Position numbers and translations under genes: made by a program. Positions 1 through 12,960 of a stretch of DNA of 64,000 bases are shown in pieces. Location of the stretch: positions 4,030,001 through 4,094,000 of the forward strand of contig NW_027266271.1 in the NCBI RefSeq assembly GCF_022045235.1. Reading direction: 5' to 3'. The notes under the pieces were generated by a model. That model saw only the letters and a list, made by a program, of their open reading frames with translations. It made no database searches and was not told the origin of the DNA. This DNA comes from Haliotis cracherodii (taxonomy: Eukaryota). Within the stretch, counting starts at the first letter, position 1, and each line of letters begins with the position of its first letter.

Positions 1-1192
1 AGATTCCAGACCTGGTCAACCTGCCTGACAAGAGTGAGCGAGTGAGTATTGTTTAACGCCGCTTTTAGCAATATTCCAGCAAAATCACGGTAGGGGCCAC
101 AAGAAATGGGTCTTCGGCGTGACGAACGAACGCTTTAACCACTAGGCTACCCGACCGCCCCTGCCTGACAAGAGGAGAGATCCCAGACCTGGTCAACCTG
201 CCTGACAAGAGGAGAGTTCCCAGTGCTGGTCAACCTGCCTGACAATGGGAGAGATTCCAGACCTGGTCAACTTGCCTGACAAGGGGAGAGATTCCAGACC
301 TGGTCAACCTGCCTGACAAGGGGAGAGATTCCAGACCTGGTCAACCTGCCTGACAAGGGGAGAGATTCCAGACCTGGTCAACCTGCCTGACAAGAGGAAT
401 GTTCCCAGACCTGGTCAACCTGCCTGACAAGAGGAGAGATTCCAGACCTGGTCAACCTGCCTGACAAGAGGAGTGTTCCCAGACCTGGTCAACCTGCCTG
501 ACAAGAGGAGAGATTCCAGACCTGGTCAACCTGCCTGACAAGGGGAGAGATCCCAGACCTGGTCAACCTGCCTGACAAGAGGAGTGTTCCCAGACCTGGT
601 CAACCTGCCTGACAAGAGGAGAGATTCCAGACCTGGTCAACCTGCCTGACAAGGGGAGAGATCCCAGACCTGGTCAACCTGCCTGACAAGAGGAGAGTTT
701 CCAGACCTGGTCAACTTGCCTGACAAGGTGAGAGATTCCAGACCTGGTCAACCGGCCTGACAAGGTGAGAGATTCCAGACCTGATCAACCTGCCTGACAA
801 GGGGAGAGATTCCAGACCTGGTCAACCTGCCTGACAAGAGGAGAGATTCCAGACCTGGTCAACCTGCCTGACAAGAGGAGAGAGATTCCAGACCTGGTCA
901 ACCTGCCTGACAAGGTGAGAGATTCCAGACCTGGTCAACCTGCCTGACAAGGGGAGAGATCCCAGACCTGGTCAACCTGCCTGACAAGAGGAGAGTTCCC
1001 AGACCTGGTCAACCTGCCTGACAAGAGGAGAGTTCCAAGACCTGGTCAACCTGCCTGACAAGAGGAGAGATTCCAGACCTGGTCAACCTGCCTGACAAGA
1101 GGAGAGAGATTCCAGACCTGGTCAACCTGCCTGACAAGAGGAGAGAGATTCCAGACCTGGTCAACCTGCCTGACAAGTGGAGAGATTCCAGA
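1..1192. repeat. ~37-bp minisatellite (gagattccagacctggtcaacctgcctgacaagagga), interrupted by a SINE
   Basis: About 28-30 near-identical tandem units visible directly. Confidence 0.97.
35..160 (-). mobile_element. tRNA-headed SINE family A, internally deleted copy
   Basis: Head gggcggtcgggtagcctagtggttaaagcg and (CACT)n-like tail. 14-bp TSD ctgcctgacaagag at 21-34 and 161-174. Confidence 0.88.
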
Positions 1193-2694
1193 CGAATCCA
1201 TGAAGTGTGAATTTTATATATGACGTCACATAAGTTTGTAAAGAGGTGCATTTTGAGTCGAACGGGAGCATGAGGATGAAATGTATACTTACTGCTGTTG
1301 AAAATGAAGTTTATGGAACAGTTATGGAAAATACCCCGATGCATGAACCCCCCCATGGCACTAGCAAATTGGGAATATCACCGATTTATGAATGTGTTGC
1401 TTGTGTTTAGATAATCGCAAACCAATTCGGATGATGTGGAATGGACTGGTAGGAATTGAACGGAGTGCTCTGAAACTTGTGTGTTTTTGTGTTAATTTTC
1501 AACGTCAGAGTGTGTTATATTTGGAGTTTGTGATTTGTCGTGTGTGCTGTAATACTTTTCTTGGCTGGTGTTTCTTGTCACCTGAGATGGACCTACTGTA
1601 TGACCTAATGCCATCTCCATTTCTGTTCCCCGTCCTTCCTAATGTGCTTCCGCTTCTAAACCGAGAATGCACGGATAAGGTCAGCCAACTCAGAAACCGG
1701 AATAGTAATTTCGTCTACGTGTATTTTCTTGTCCCCGATGACCAATCGGTAAAACAGGTAGGCAAGTTTTTTGGTATTTTTATATCTATGTTCCTTTCCT
1801 TACCTTTTTATGTCTTATTTTTTTAAAAGCTAGATTAATTTTATTTGTCTTACCATTAAACATTTTCAGCGCCTATTAATTTAATGTTTTTCATTTTAGA
1901 TTTGCTGTGTCTTGGTTTCTCAAAATCTTGGGAGGGTTTTTTTTCCAATACGATAGTGAATCGGGTTTTAGTTTGGGATTGATAAGGGGCAGTCGCTTTG
2001 ATCTGTGGGGCAGCCTCATTTAAGCAGGGTAGATCGAGTCTACAACATTGTTTTCATTCGCAATTGTCTTGGCGCTAGATTCCTGTCATTTCCGAAAACA
2101 AGGCATGAAAGTCAATATCGCTCAATATATCAATTTCGTTCACCTCAGTAATTTTACAGAATTCATTTTCTTCATTTGCATTATTAGTATTGATAGATAG
2201 CCATTCTGTATCCAAGTCACCGTAAGGACAATCCATTTTGTTTCATGTAGCAGCTAGACGACATTAAACACCAGAACCAAAGCATTTATTTATTTATAAG
2301 TCAGATGAAATGTTACAAGACAAGGCAAAAATACTAAATTAATTATACTGCTGATAAATGCAAGGATTAAAAAGAAAATAGAAAAACGAGTTGATCGTAT
2401 ACACCGACTGAGAATTCGGGAAAAAACCCGAAAATAAGATCTGGTAAATTGTTCACATCGTGTGAACTTTTCTGTCCGTATCAGATCACATGACTAGCCA
2501 ATCAGCATGAAAGAAACAGTGTAAACTTTAAAGTATCAAATTGTACGTTAGTAACCTCAAACACTTTTTTTTCTTAGTGAGAAGACGTTGCAATCACCAT
2601 GAAAAGCGGAAAAGCAGATCTACATCTTCAATACTCAACCCAAATAATCCTGTCCAACAAGTACACATTTGAACAATTTAACAAATACACTTAC

Positions 2695-2792
2695 CAAGCC
2701 TGAATCCCCTGTCAGTATGGGTCATCTTCACACAGACATCTCTGTTGCCAGATGCACGAACACCATCAAGTAAAGATGCTATCAATGCATCT
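2695..2792 (-). CDS. DNAJC13: DNAJC13 coding exon 10 ([33 protein letters not shown]+G); gene continues beyond the left edge
   Basis: Translated by hand. ttttcag acceptor, G|GTAAGT donor, 98 nt. Invariant [19 protein letters not shown]. Confidence 0.97.
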
Positions 2793-3715
2793 CTGAAAAC
2801 AAAAAATATTAAGTAAAATCACATGCACCTGTATGGGAATTGAAAATGACCTTCTCATAGTCAACAACTGCATTTACTTTACAGGTGAAATAGTACCATG
2901 TCTGGTGCGGAAAACAGACACCCAATAAAGTACAAGATTATAACAGAAAGTTCCATGCCTCTGATCCAGGGATTTATTTAGGCCTGGTCAGGGGCCAGTA
3001 TTCAGCCCCAAGTCTGCAACAAATATCAGTAAAAATTCCCAAACTGGAATGATAAATTTCCAAATTATATCAGGAAAAGAAGGAGTAACTTTGAAACAGA
3101 GTCTTATAACTTTTACTCCATAAAGTTACAGTCATAAATACTTTCAGATTAATGAAATCACTTCTGTGTTTGGGAAAACATATGCTCAACATTGTACAAG
3201 ACATATCTTTGAAAAGAAAATCTCATGCCTCCAGCCAACCTAATAAAGAAGTTGTTAGCACTTCCAGCCTAATGACTTGAACCTTCAATCTCAGCCATGA
3301 GCTGCCAGAAAACATTGAACTGAAAGCATATGTCATTACAAATGTAGAGTCACTGCAGCACATTGTAAATACACTCTGAACTATTCTGCTTGCATGAATG
3401 TGTGAACAACCTTGACACATTGCAAGTGTAGAAGAAAGTGCTTATTAATCACTGAAAATGGTTTTGTATCATGTTCATTCATGTTTTGGCAATAGGTTTC
3501 TGATGACACTGACCTTGAAGGGGGTCATCAAAGCTCTTCACTTCCCCTCTTACAGGGGGACACTTCATCATAATGGGGCATTAGATTGAAACAATGGATT
3601 CTGATACAGCTGACAGATTACAAGTTACTGACCCTTTTTCAGTTATTTTCAGAGCTTCAAAACAAAACGTAATTCTCATTGGCAGCTTAATGATGATCTT
3701 TTTATTAGTACCTAC

Positions 3716-3807
3716 CGATCGGTTGAAAGATAGTATCGTATGGCACCTTTCACATACTCCACAGAAAATTTTTGTGGATTCTCTTGGTCACGAACAATTG
3801 CAAAAAT
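3716..3807 (-). CDS. DNAJC13: DNAJC13 coding exon 9 (IFAIVRDQENPQKFSVEYVKGAIRYYLSTD+CG)
   Basis: Not in the ORF track; translated by hand. ttttcag acceptor, CG|GTAGGT donor, 92 nt. Confidence 0.93.
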
Positions 3808-4172
3808 CTGAAAATAAATATAAAAACATTTTGGTATTTAAGGATGAAGAAGAGGTTGCATATTTGATACAAGTTGTACATGATCTATTTTGTGAATTTA
3901 ACCTTCTTGGCAGGTCACTTGAAATCTTATCACTTCAATGCAGAATCCTAAGGATGATATATACCAAGTTTTAAGTGGCGATACCTTTTTTTAATAAATC
4001 ACCATTAGAGAGCATTAGGCCACATATCTAAGTTATTCCCATGTGCTAAACAATACATATAAACCAAACATAAAATTAAAAAATATTTTTGCATTTTTTA
4101 ACATAACAAAAAATATTGCATGTGTAGCATTGTATAACTGCATTAAATTTCTGCTATTCATAGACACACATG

Positions 4173-4272
4173 ACTTCACTTGCTTGATAACTGTGTTAGA
4201 ACCTACACCGAAACGTTGCTCCTAATTGTAATAAAGAAGTTGTTCATCCATATATCTTATCCTTACTTACTC
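4173..4272 (+). mobile_element. Penelope-like terminal-repeat fragment
   Basis: cttgataa-stem-ccgaaacgttg...aataaagaagttgttcatccata. A second copy lies at ~26570-26690. Confidence 0.55.
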
Positions 4273-6031
4273 ATAGACCATGTCTTGTAAAATGTGAAAA
4301 TGACCCAGGGACATTAATACCAAATTCAATTAAGGTAATGTGAAATGAGTAACTTTGCTGTAGGTTATAATGAAAGGGCCCACATGATATACATATAAAT
4401 GATACACATTACTTATAAAAAGTCTTCATGCTGGCCTTAAGGATGACATGTAAGAGATTTTCAATGTGTGGCCCAATGCACCCAAAGAAAGACAAGTACT
4501 AACAGAAAGTGATTCTCAAGGTATCAATTAAAATCACATAAACAGAACATATAATATGAGTGTCTGTGACACACAATATTAACAACACAAGTGCAGACAT
4601 TATAATATTTCCTTAGCGAGAGTGAGAGAAATATTACAACTTCTGCGCAAGTGTCGTAAATATAGTACCACATGGATATGATATCTTATTTTTTACTATA
4701 GAAAATATAATTTTTTGAAAACGAAAATTGGCTAACCTTAATCTGTATACACTAAGAAAACAGTGCAAAGCTGTTTTGAATAAGAATAACAAAAATATCA
4801 TGACTGCAAAGTTTTGAAAGTTTCACCAATATCAAAGTGTATCAGGGATGAATTCAGTGATTACATATTGTGTACTCAGGTGTATATCTCATTATTTTAA
4901 TATTATTTCAGGTTCTAGTGATCTGGAAGACGACGACTTGTTCATATGTAGGTAAGTTGCAATCAGTTGTCAGTACGGCAGCCTCTTGTCTTTGTGTTTA
5001 CAGCACAGATCTCAAGCTCCTTCCCAGCATGTGACACCCTCGCCAGGATGGGTGTGGCCATTAAAAGAATTTTGAACCCTTTAACCCCAAATGTGGTGAC
5101 ATTTGTACTTTTGTTTAAGTCTTTGAGAATCATAGTGAATTTTTAAAAGGTTTACAGCTTATCATATTTCCCAGATGAATTTACCTTTTTATTTGTTTGA
5201 TCAGATTGGTTCGAGACTGCAGACGAATGGAAAATCAACCAACTTCCCCCTTACATTCTTACTATGTTAATTATATGATAGTTATAATGAAACAGAAATT
5301 CAAATTGACAAACAAAGAAAAGTACTCGGCGTCACAGCATTCATTACTTGTTTGTAAACATAACGGTCAGTCAGCTGCGAGTTCAACCCCAAGCATGGTT
5401 GCCACCTATCACAGTGGGAGTTTTGACTGGTGGCAGTGATAGTATAGATTGCTCTGCGAATGGGCTATCGCTGTGAGGAGCTTGCACAGATCTTTGTCAC
5501 AGGGCTGGTTCATTTTAGGCTTAAGGGTATTAGATCTAATTGGGTTCATCTATTTTTGTATCAATGTTTTGGTATCTTAACAACAGCCCAGGCCAAGCTT
5601 CTCCAGTTGATTGGAACTCTTTCAAATATACATGTCATTCACCCTGTTACTAATTAGTTGCACCACACTGTCACTGCATGATGACTTTACTCAAGATTTA
5701 GAGTTATCCAACTCAAAGCTTAGTGCTTATAACATTTGGTTATATCACATTGCATATAACACACATAAATAATTTCATGATCACCATAATGTAAGAATAT
5801 ACGCATCTTCCATTTTACTTGTATGAATTGGTGTATGGTTTGTTTTCTGTGTTTAATCTGTGTTTTCTGTGTTTAATATGATTTGTTGTCAACACTTTGA
5901 GAACAATGTTATGGTTACAATGACCTCCCTAGTGTAAAGTATCATTTGGTACTGCAGTTTCTTAGATGTAAGACATCTACACAATATGTCACATGGGCCT
6001 TCTTTCCTGGTTAGCTAACATTTTGACTTAC

Positions 6032-6191
6032 ATCACACAGTGGTTTACAAGTGACAACATTGTATGTTGCTGGGTCCCTCTCAACAAAACATGTTTCTGT
6101 GAGACACAGGGTACGTCTCACTGAGTCTGTATGGCGAGGAGTTAGCTTTTGCACAGTAAATTCTGTGTATGATGTCAGAGCTTCATCAGTG
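6032..6191 (-). CDS. DNAJC13: DNAJC13 coding exon 8 (S-TDEALTS...[24 protein letters not shown])
   Basis: tttcag acceptor, GTAAGT donor, 160 nt. Hallmark [15 protein letters not shown]. Confidence 0.97.
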
Positions 6192-7046
6192 CTGAAATAA
6201 AAGCAAAATATCCCCAATTATAAGAGATTGTTGAATAAAATTTGAATTCCTCATGTGGTTTTTGTTGTCAGGTCAGGTGAGCTAATAGGTCATGTGTAAT
6301 GCCAGCCTAAATGTTACTCATTACAAACTTAACAGCAGAAGAATGGACCAGCTAGTTCAGATATTCAACACAACACAACATCTCACTGACCTCACTACAG
6401 ACCTTAATACTGACCAAAGGGGCTTGTTATCAAACTCAACTTTCTTTTTGAGCAACTACTCATAAACCAAATTCCATCTTAATGTTGTCGTTAGAATTTT
6501 GAAAGCAGATGAAGCCCATGTTTTGTGACCACTAAACACATCTTTTTCACAAAACGCATTCAGGTTAGATACATTCATATATCAGAAAGTTATGAGCGTG
6601 GCATATAACTTACTATGTTTATGTGTGACATTACATGTACCGATATTAGTATTGACCTGTGTTTGTTGAGTCATCTTTCCCAATCTGGCATGCTTCAGTC
6701 CAGTCATTTGCTGATCATTGACATGGACTCAAAGGTAGCCTACTCTTTAGCATCGAGATGGTCAAAACTGTAGAGCAGTCATCATATGTTTAACATGAGT
6801 CACATTAAATATTGATGGAATTTCAGTGAGTGTGAGAGTTTGGAAGGTGTATTGAACTGCAAATGGTGTAAAAAGTTGAAAAATCAAAAGTATTGAGAGA
6901 ATTGGACTTGGTTCTTTACTCAGAATGCAAACATTCAAGCAAATCCTTTGAGTTTTTGAGAACCTACATGGTATTACATAACTAATTCCACTTGTCTCAA
7001 ATACTTTCTGTGAATATAAAGAAAGTCCTTCCTTGATGTATTAAGG

Positions 7047-10000
7047 ATCAGGAGTATTAGGTCAATTTTTATATACTTATCCTGCATTACATATTGCACA
7101 TTGCTCTTACAAACGAGTGAACTACTAAGGCTACCCCACTGACCCTTAGGTCTAAAAAATTAATGATATATTTAACTTATCCTGAATTACATATTGCATA
7201 TTGTTCTTACTAACGAAGTCCTACCTAGAAATGAGTGGCGATCTAGTTGCGTCTTCGGTACTCTTTTGCCCAACATGACCTCTGTGACATCCAGGGTCGG
7301 AAGACACGCCTCCTATATGTCATTATCTCTTCTTGGTTACCAACGAAGGACGTAAAAGACGATCACAAACCTGATTTCTGAAGAATCTATCCTTTCATGC
7401 CCAGGTGTTGGAAGGCACACACCCAATATGGTATTATTGCCTTCAAATGTCCCTCAGGACTGATGGTTGGGCAGGGAGAAAGACGTCTGTCATAGGAGGG
7501 CCCTTAGGTAATGCAGGATAAGTATATAAAATAAACATAATACCCTGATTATGGAATACGTTTAACTTATCCTGCATTACACATTGCAAGGTGGCTTGTG
7601 CAATACCTTCAGTCCAGTGCTAGGATTGCTGTCATGTGTCAAGGCATCTCATAGAGTGGTCCTGTAGGTTGGGCTGGCCCGAGGTGGTTAGTCTCTGCTG
7701 CTCTTCGGCAGCAGGCATCTGCAACAGTAGCACATGTGAATGGCCTGACAACTTTCAGTTCTCTCAAGGAGACCTAGGTTAATTGTTAGATAACAGAGTC
7801 CAGAATTGGCGACCCAGTAAAATGGAACCGAAACCAAGAGCTTAGATAAACTGGGAATGCTTACTTACAACTCCTCCCCTCCTCAAATCTGGCAACAGTC
7901 TGATCGGGGGGGTGGGGGGGGTAGGCTGCATTGCTGGCTGCTGTCGTTTTTTTGGCATGGCCATCTGCTGAGTGACAACCAATGGCCCAAAACTATGTAC
8001 GGCATCCACGTCTTCCACGGACATATCATAGGAGCTCATGTAGACAGTGGTAGAGCTCCAGAAGCACCCCCTGCATAATGGACTGGATGGAACAATTTCT
8101 GTGGAAAGCCATGGTTTGAAGCCTGCGCCAGAAGCCAGATCTTGTCGGGGTTGCTGGCCCTGGGCTGCTCCAATCCTGCTGTGTCATAAGCCTACAGGAT
8201 TGTGTCTCTTAGCCAGAAGGAGATGATGATCCTGGATAATCTCTCCTTTATAAGTGAACTTCATGGTTAGACCAAGTTCTGGGGTATGCACCATGACCCT
8301 TTCCACAAAAGGAGTCCTTCCTGTCATGTCGTTCCTTGGCTGTTTTGGTGAAGTCCCGACGTAGCTGGTAAACGTCTGAATGGACACTGGAATTGTCTTT
8401 CATCGCCCTAAGGGTAGAAAGTGTGGCTTTTCTGTCCTCTGTTCTCTCCACCTGCTCAGCGACTGGGACCATAGCGTTGATAAATAGAGTTGATGACGTC
8501 CATGGTTGGTTGATCAAGATCGCTTCAAAACGTGGATCCCATGTAGAAGCAGACAGGTGATCCTGTCTCCTTTGTAGAGTCAGAGATGCCAGTGTGAGGT
8601 AAACGTGGTCCTTCAGGTTCCCCAACTGCTTCAGTTGCCAGGACAGTACAGACTGTAATTGCTATTTCTGATCTGTAGGGTATTCACCCAAATGCGCGTC
8701 CATGGCTGCAAAGGAGGATGCCAAAGCTGACATGTGGGGAAATGTCTTCCTTAATTTCCCATCTAGGGACAATATCTGGTGACCTGTGACCTTGAAGGAT
8801 CCAACTCTAGAGGGACGGCACATTTTCTGTGTACACCTGGCGATCTTGGCATGCTAAGGTGGTCAGAAGGAAGTGGAAAGACTGTCTAACCCCAAGAAAT
8901 CCTTGTCAAGGTTAACCAATGCCTCTTGGATGAATGTGTCTGGTGGCAGAGTGATGGACTCTAGGCTCCCACCCTCCAAGTGACACGCTTCTGGGGGTCT
9001 GCGCCTTGCGTGGATGATGCCTGTCAGTAGAAAGTCAGCTATCTATGGTACAACTTCTGAAAAACTGAGGCGGCCGCCCGGTACCTCTTCTTCATTGTCT
9101 AGCTCCGAAGATGGTTCACTCTCTAGAACGAAGGACCCCAAATTCCAAGAGTGACGGGTAGTAGAAGCTTAACCAAGTGCTGCCTTGAGTAGGAGGTGCT
9201 ATGAGGTGATTACCTATGAGATCCATGCAAGCACCTGATACGGAAGAGGCTGTGTCTGGCGGAGGAGTGTCTGTGCCTTGCATTCTTGCTAGCAACTACC
9301 TCAGCAAACAAGGTATGAAATTCTTCCAATGAGGTCTAGCCCCCAGGCGGGAGGAAGTGCTTCTACTTGAGGCTTCACTAGAAGCGCCACTGCTTTAAGC
9401 ACAGGCATCTTGACAGACTTGGGAGTCTTAGTCTTGGGCTCAATGGTCCTATCATTACGGGGCGATGAAGCAGGAAAGGTCAGACATCCTGCGACAAGCC
9501 TGTTGTTGTTTTCTTTTGTTAACTGCTCTGAGTTAGGCAAGAAAGTCTGCGTCGGAAAGATAGACACTTGCTGGATGGGAGACACTGACTCTGGCAATCC
9601 GAACAGCGTAGATGAGGGTCCTTCGCCAATTTCTTACCTTTACAGAGATCTCACTTGGCAGAAAACATCTGTAACATGGGAATACATGCTAAACCCCATA
9701 AACACTATAAAAGCCTGCTCAAGTCTAGCCATTTAAACTGTGATGTGAACATTGAGTGAGTAAAACCATATTTCACAAGGTAAATAGGTTTGATTACACA
9801 ACAATATGAAGGAAAACCGCAACAAAAGGTAAAAAACATATATATTAAACATGTGTCTCGATGATGAGAAACATTCATGACAAAGTCAACTAGGGAACAA
9901 ATGGCTGCCAACATGAACACCACAAGCCGCGGTAGAAGCAGGGAAATTAATCCCATGCGTAGAAAACACTGAATACCCAACTCTGCCGAGATGAAAAGGA

Positions 10001-10240
10001 TGGATAACACACCAAACGAACTCAGAGCAGTTTGAAACACAAGCATCGAAGGATGGATTCTTCCGAAATCATGTAAGTGACATATAAGGGGAGTGTCTTC
10101 TGAAACCTGATGTCACGGAGGTCATGTTGGTCAAAAGAGTACTGAAGACGCTACTAGATCGCCACTCATTTCCAGGTAGGACTTCGTTAGTAAGAACAAT
10201 ATGCAATATGTAATTCAGGATAAGTTAAATATATCATTAA
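7047..10240 (-). mobile_element. DIRS-type retrotransposon 1, internally deleted and decayed
   Basis: Inverted repeats at ~7160-7395 and ~10045-10240. Internal complementary region at 7507-7590 matches both termini. YR C-terminal remnant SFGPLVVTQQ (~7960-8040) and gag-like sequence 8250-9600. Confidence 0.85.
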
Positions 10241-10255
10241 TTTTTTAGACTTAAG

Positions 10256-11560
10256 GGTCAGTGGGGTAGCCCAGTAGTTCACAGTGAATACCCAGGTTCG
10301 ATTCCCTACAAGGGTACAATACTGTATATCGTTGTGTACAAGGCGAGGGTTTTTTTACCTAGAATTAGGGGGCTTTTAAGGGGGGTCGTCTTATACACAG
10401 GGTTGAAGAGTTTTGAAGTTTTTTCCCCCCAACACAAAGACATTACTGTAAGCACATAACACTAGAAATACCATGTCAACAAATCCATAATGAAGTATGC
10501 AAACTAATCATGTAATTTAAACTGTCTGGTTATAAAAAAGTGTTCACTACATATCTGGACTTATGTTTGTATTCTATGTTATTAATTTTATTCAATATTG
10601 TTTACATTCATTTCGGCCCAATCGTATGTGAAGTGATCGGAAGATCGCACAACTCACCGTTATTTACAGCAACCATTTTCAGATAACCGCTACTGACACC
10701 TTGAAACGAACTTTAGTGGATAGAGAATGGATATATATATCATAAATGCCATACATTGACTCAATGAAAGCCATATTTATTGCAGTTTGACTATGATATG
10801 TCAACATAAAGTTTTTTTCGCTATCATGAACACAGGATCATCGACAGTGATTGTTCCATACCAAAAAAATCGGGCGATAGCAACCAGATGTACCAAAGTG
10901 CTTATGCTTATTGTTATTAATTTATTTCAAATATATACAGTAAAGCTGCAACTAAAATAACATGATATTGAAACAAATTATTCCTGATAAAATAATAGTT
11001 TCACATACAATTCTTCCGATCATTCAAAAGTTATATCATTGGGTAATTTTTAACCGAATCACCTGTAGATTCCGAGAAACGCGTGCACAGCTGATGGTTG
11101 CTTCCAGCTTAGATAACAAGACAATACACAAGATAATCTTAATCTCTGCATATAAAACAATGCCTAGCAGAACAGGTAATACAATGTAATTGGTAAATCA
11201 TCATGTCTAGTGATGTTTTATCTCAAATTTCAAATTGTATTGACCCAGTTTAATTGTTATGATCCCTTCGTTTCCCTGAAGGGATACGATGTAATTTTTA
11301 TCTGTGATAGACGAACAGGTTTTTATTGCAAATGTAGGGATCGTTTATGCACTGGTGATGTGCTTCATTCCGAGTCGCTTTACAGACAGGGTATAAAAAT
11401 TAGCATAGATTTTTAGGCTTTAACAGGGGAGTCGCCTTATACGTGGCGTCGCTTTATAGTTGGCGATATACAGTATGTGAAGCCCATTTGTGGTGTCCCC
11501 CGCCGTGATATTGTTGGAATATTGCTAAAAACTGAGTAAAACCATACTCATTCACCCACT
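10256..11560 (+). mobile_element. SINE family A copy split by a MITE
   Basis: Head gggtcagtggggtagcc...ggttcgattccc...gggtacaaTA, resuming as TAtgtgaagcccatt...actcattcacccact after 11473. Confidence 0.85.
10322..11473. mobile_element. pogo/Tigger-like non-autonomous DNA transposon (MITE)
   Basis: Ends ctgtatatcg...cgatatacag with TA TSD. Interior homologous to 40655-41786 and 52225-53150. Confidence 0.82.
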
Positions 11561-11839
11561 AACTTAGAGATTTGGTGGTATATTTGCTGGACTGAGCAAT
11601 ATATAGCTCTTTGTCATGATTCTCATGGAACTTTGGAATCCAGCACATAAAAAGAATGGACATGTCTTCTGTTTTAGTGTCAAGTCAAACTTTGATAGTA
11701 CTGACGCATGGTTATGGCACATTTCTTGCTCAGTCAACATACTGGCATTATATGGTGTATTTTCTGATAAACAATCAACGTACGCAGGATATTGCACACT
11801 CTTACATAATGTTGTATTATCAACTTTGTATTATTTTGA

Positions 11840-12031
11840 GTGAGTGAGTGAGTGAGTGAGTGAGTGAGTGAGTGAGTGAGTGAATGAGTATGGTTTGTTG
11901 CCATATTCCAGTAATATCACGGCGGGGAACACCAGAAATGGGCTTCACACATTGTACCCATGTTGGGAATCCAACCCGGGTCTTCGGCGTGACGAGCGGA
12001 CGATTTAACCACTAGGCTACCCGACCGACCC
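11840..12031 (-). mobile_element. SINE family A, full length with (GAGT)n tail
   Basis: 12-bp TSD gtattattttga at 11828-11839 and 12032-12043. A and B boxes present. Confidence 0.92.
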
Positions 12032-12817
12032 GTATTATTTTGAAGTTGTTACAGAGATATGATAAAGTGATAATACAATGTATAATCCCAAATAGCTTTT
12101 AATTGTTGTTTGTTGGTTTTTTTCAATGCATCTTAGCATAGTGAGTTGCCTGCTAGCCTAGCAACCAGCTGTTACGTGGCTGACTGGCCTGTTTTTACCC
12201 TGTTCCCTACAGTTTATCACATGTTTTACAAAAACCTGAAAGCTGACATTGACCTTTGACTTATTTTTGAGCTAAGCCTTTTCAAAGCAGTGCCCCATCC
12301 TAGAGAAGGTATATACCAAGTTTAATGATACAAGCAATATACTTTTTGAGGATGTGTATCCACAAACTTAAACTTTTGTGAATGTTTTTTCTATTTTGTC
12401 ATCTTGAACACCTCACTGTATTTGCCAGAGAATGTTTCATGGGAAATTTGAAAGAAGTCCATGGAAGAATAATCTCTTAATGCCAAAGTCCAACAAAAAC
12501 TCCATACAGTCCCATTTCATAGGGCTGCTGTATACTTACTTCAGAACTTTATATTAAAAGAAGACACAGGCTTCTCCCTTTCCTACTTTTCAAGAACTAT
12601 GTTATTAAAAGTGAAAAAGTCTTAATAAAGAAACAGTTGCATACTATAGGGAGGGGAAAAAAAATAATTTGTGTTCAATTATGGGAAATTGTATTCAATT
12701 GCTTGGTCATTTGGACCTTCTGGTTAAAGTTTGATTATTTCAAACCAAAAACAACTAGTACATGCATCAACAGTATGTATATTGTGTAACACTGCTTCAA
12801 AAGGACGACTGTACAAC

Positions 12818-12960
12818 CTGTATTTTCCTAGTCTGTTCAGCTGAAACTGTTCAAAAGTTATTGGTTCCTTCCTCTGTTTGATGGCGACGCCCACACAAGT
12901 AGCGCCTGCTTCTGACACACATTTCATGAGTTCATCCTTTTGTTCGAGTGCAAATAAATG
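12818..12960 (-). CDS. DNAJC13: DNAJC13 coding exon 7 (HLFALEQ...RKEPITFEQFQLNRLGKY+AG)
   Basis: ttgcag acceptor, AG|GTTGTA donor, 143 nt, phase 2. Confidence 0.94.

Noticed and set aside
4560-5800. Possible non-autonomous Crypton-like element
   Set aside because: The ends look suggestive, but I could not define boundaries or find coding remnants, so it is not reported as a feature.
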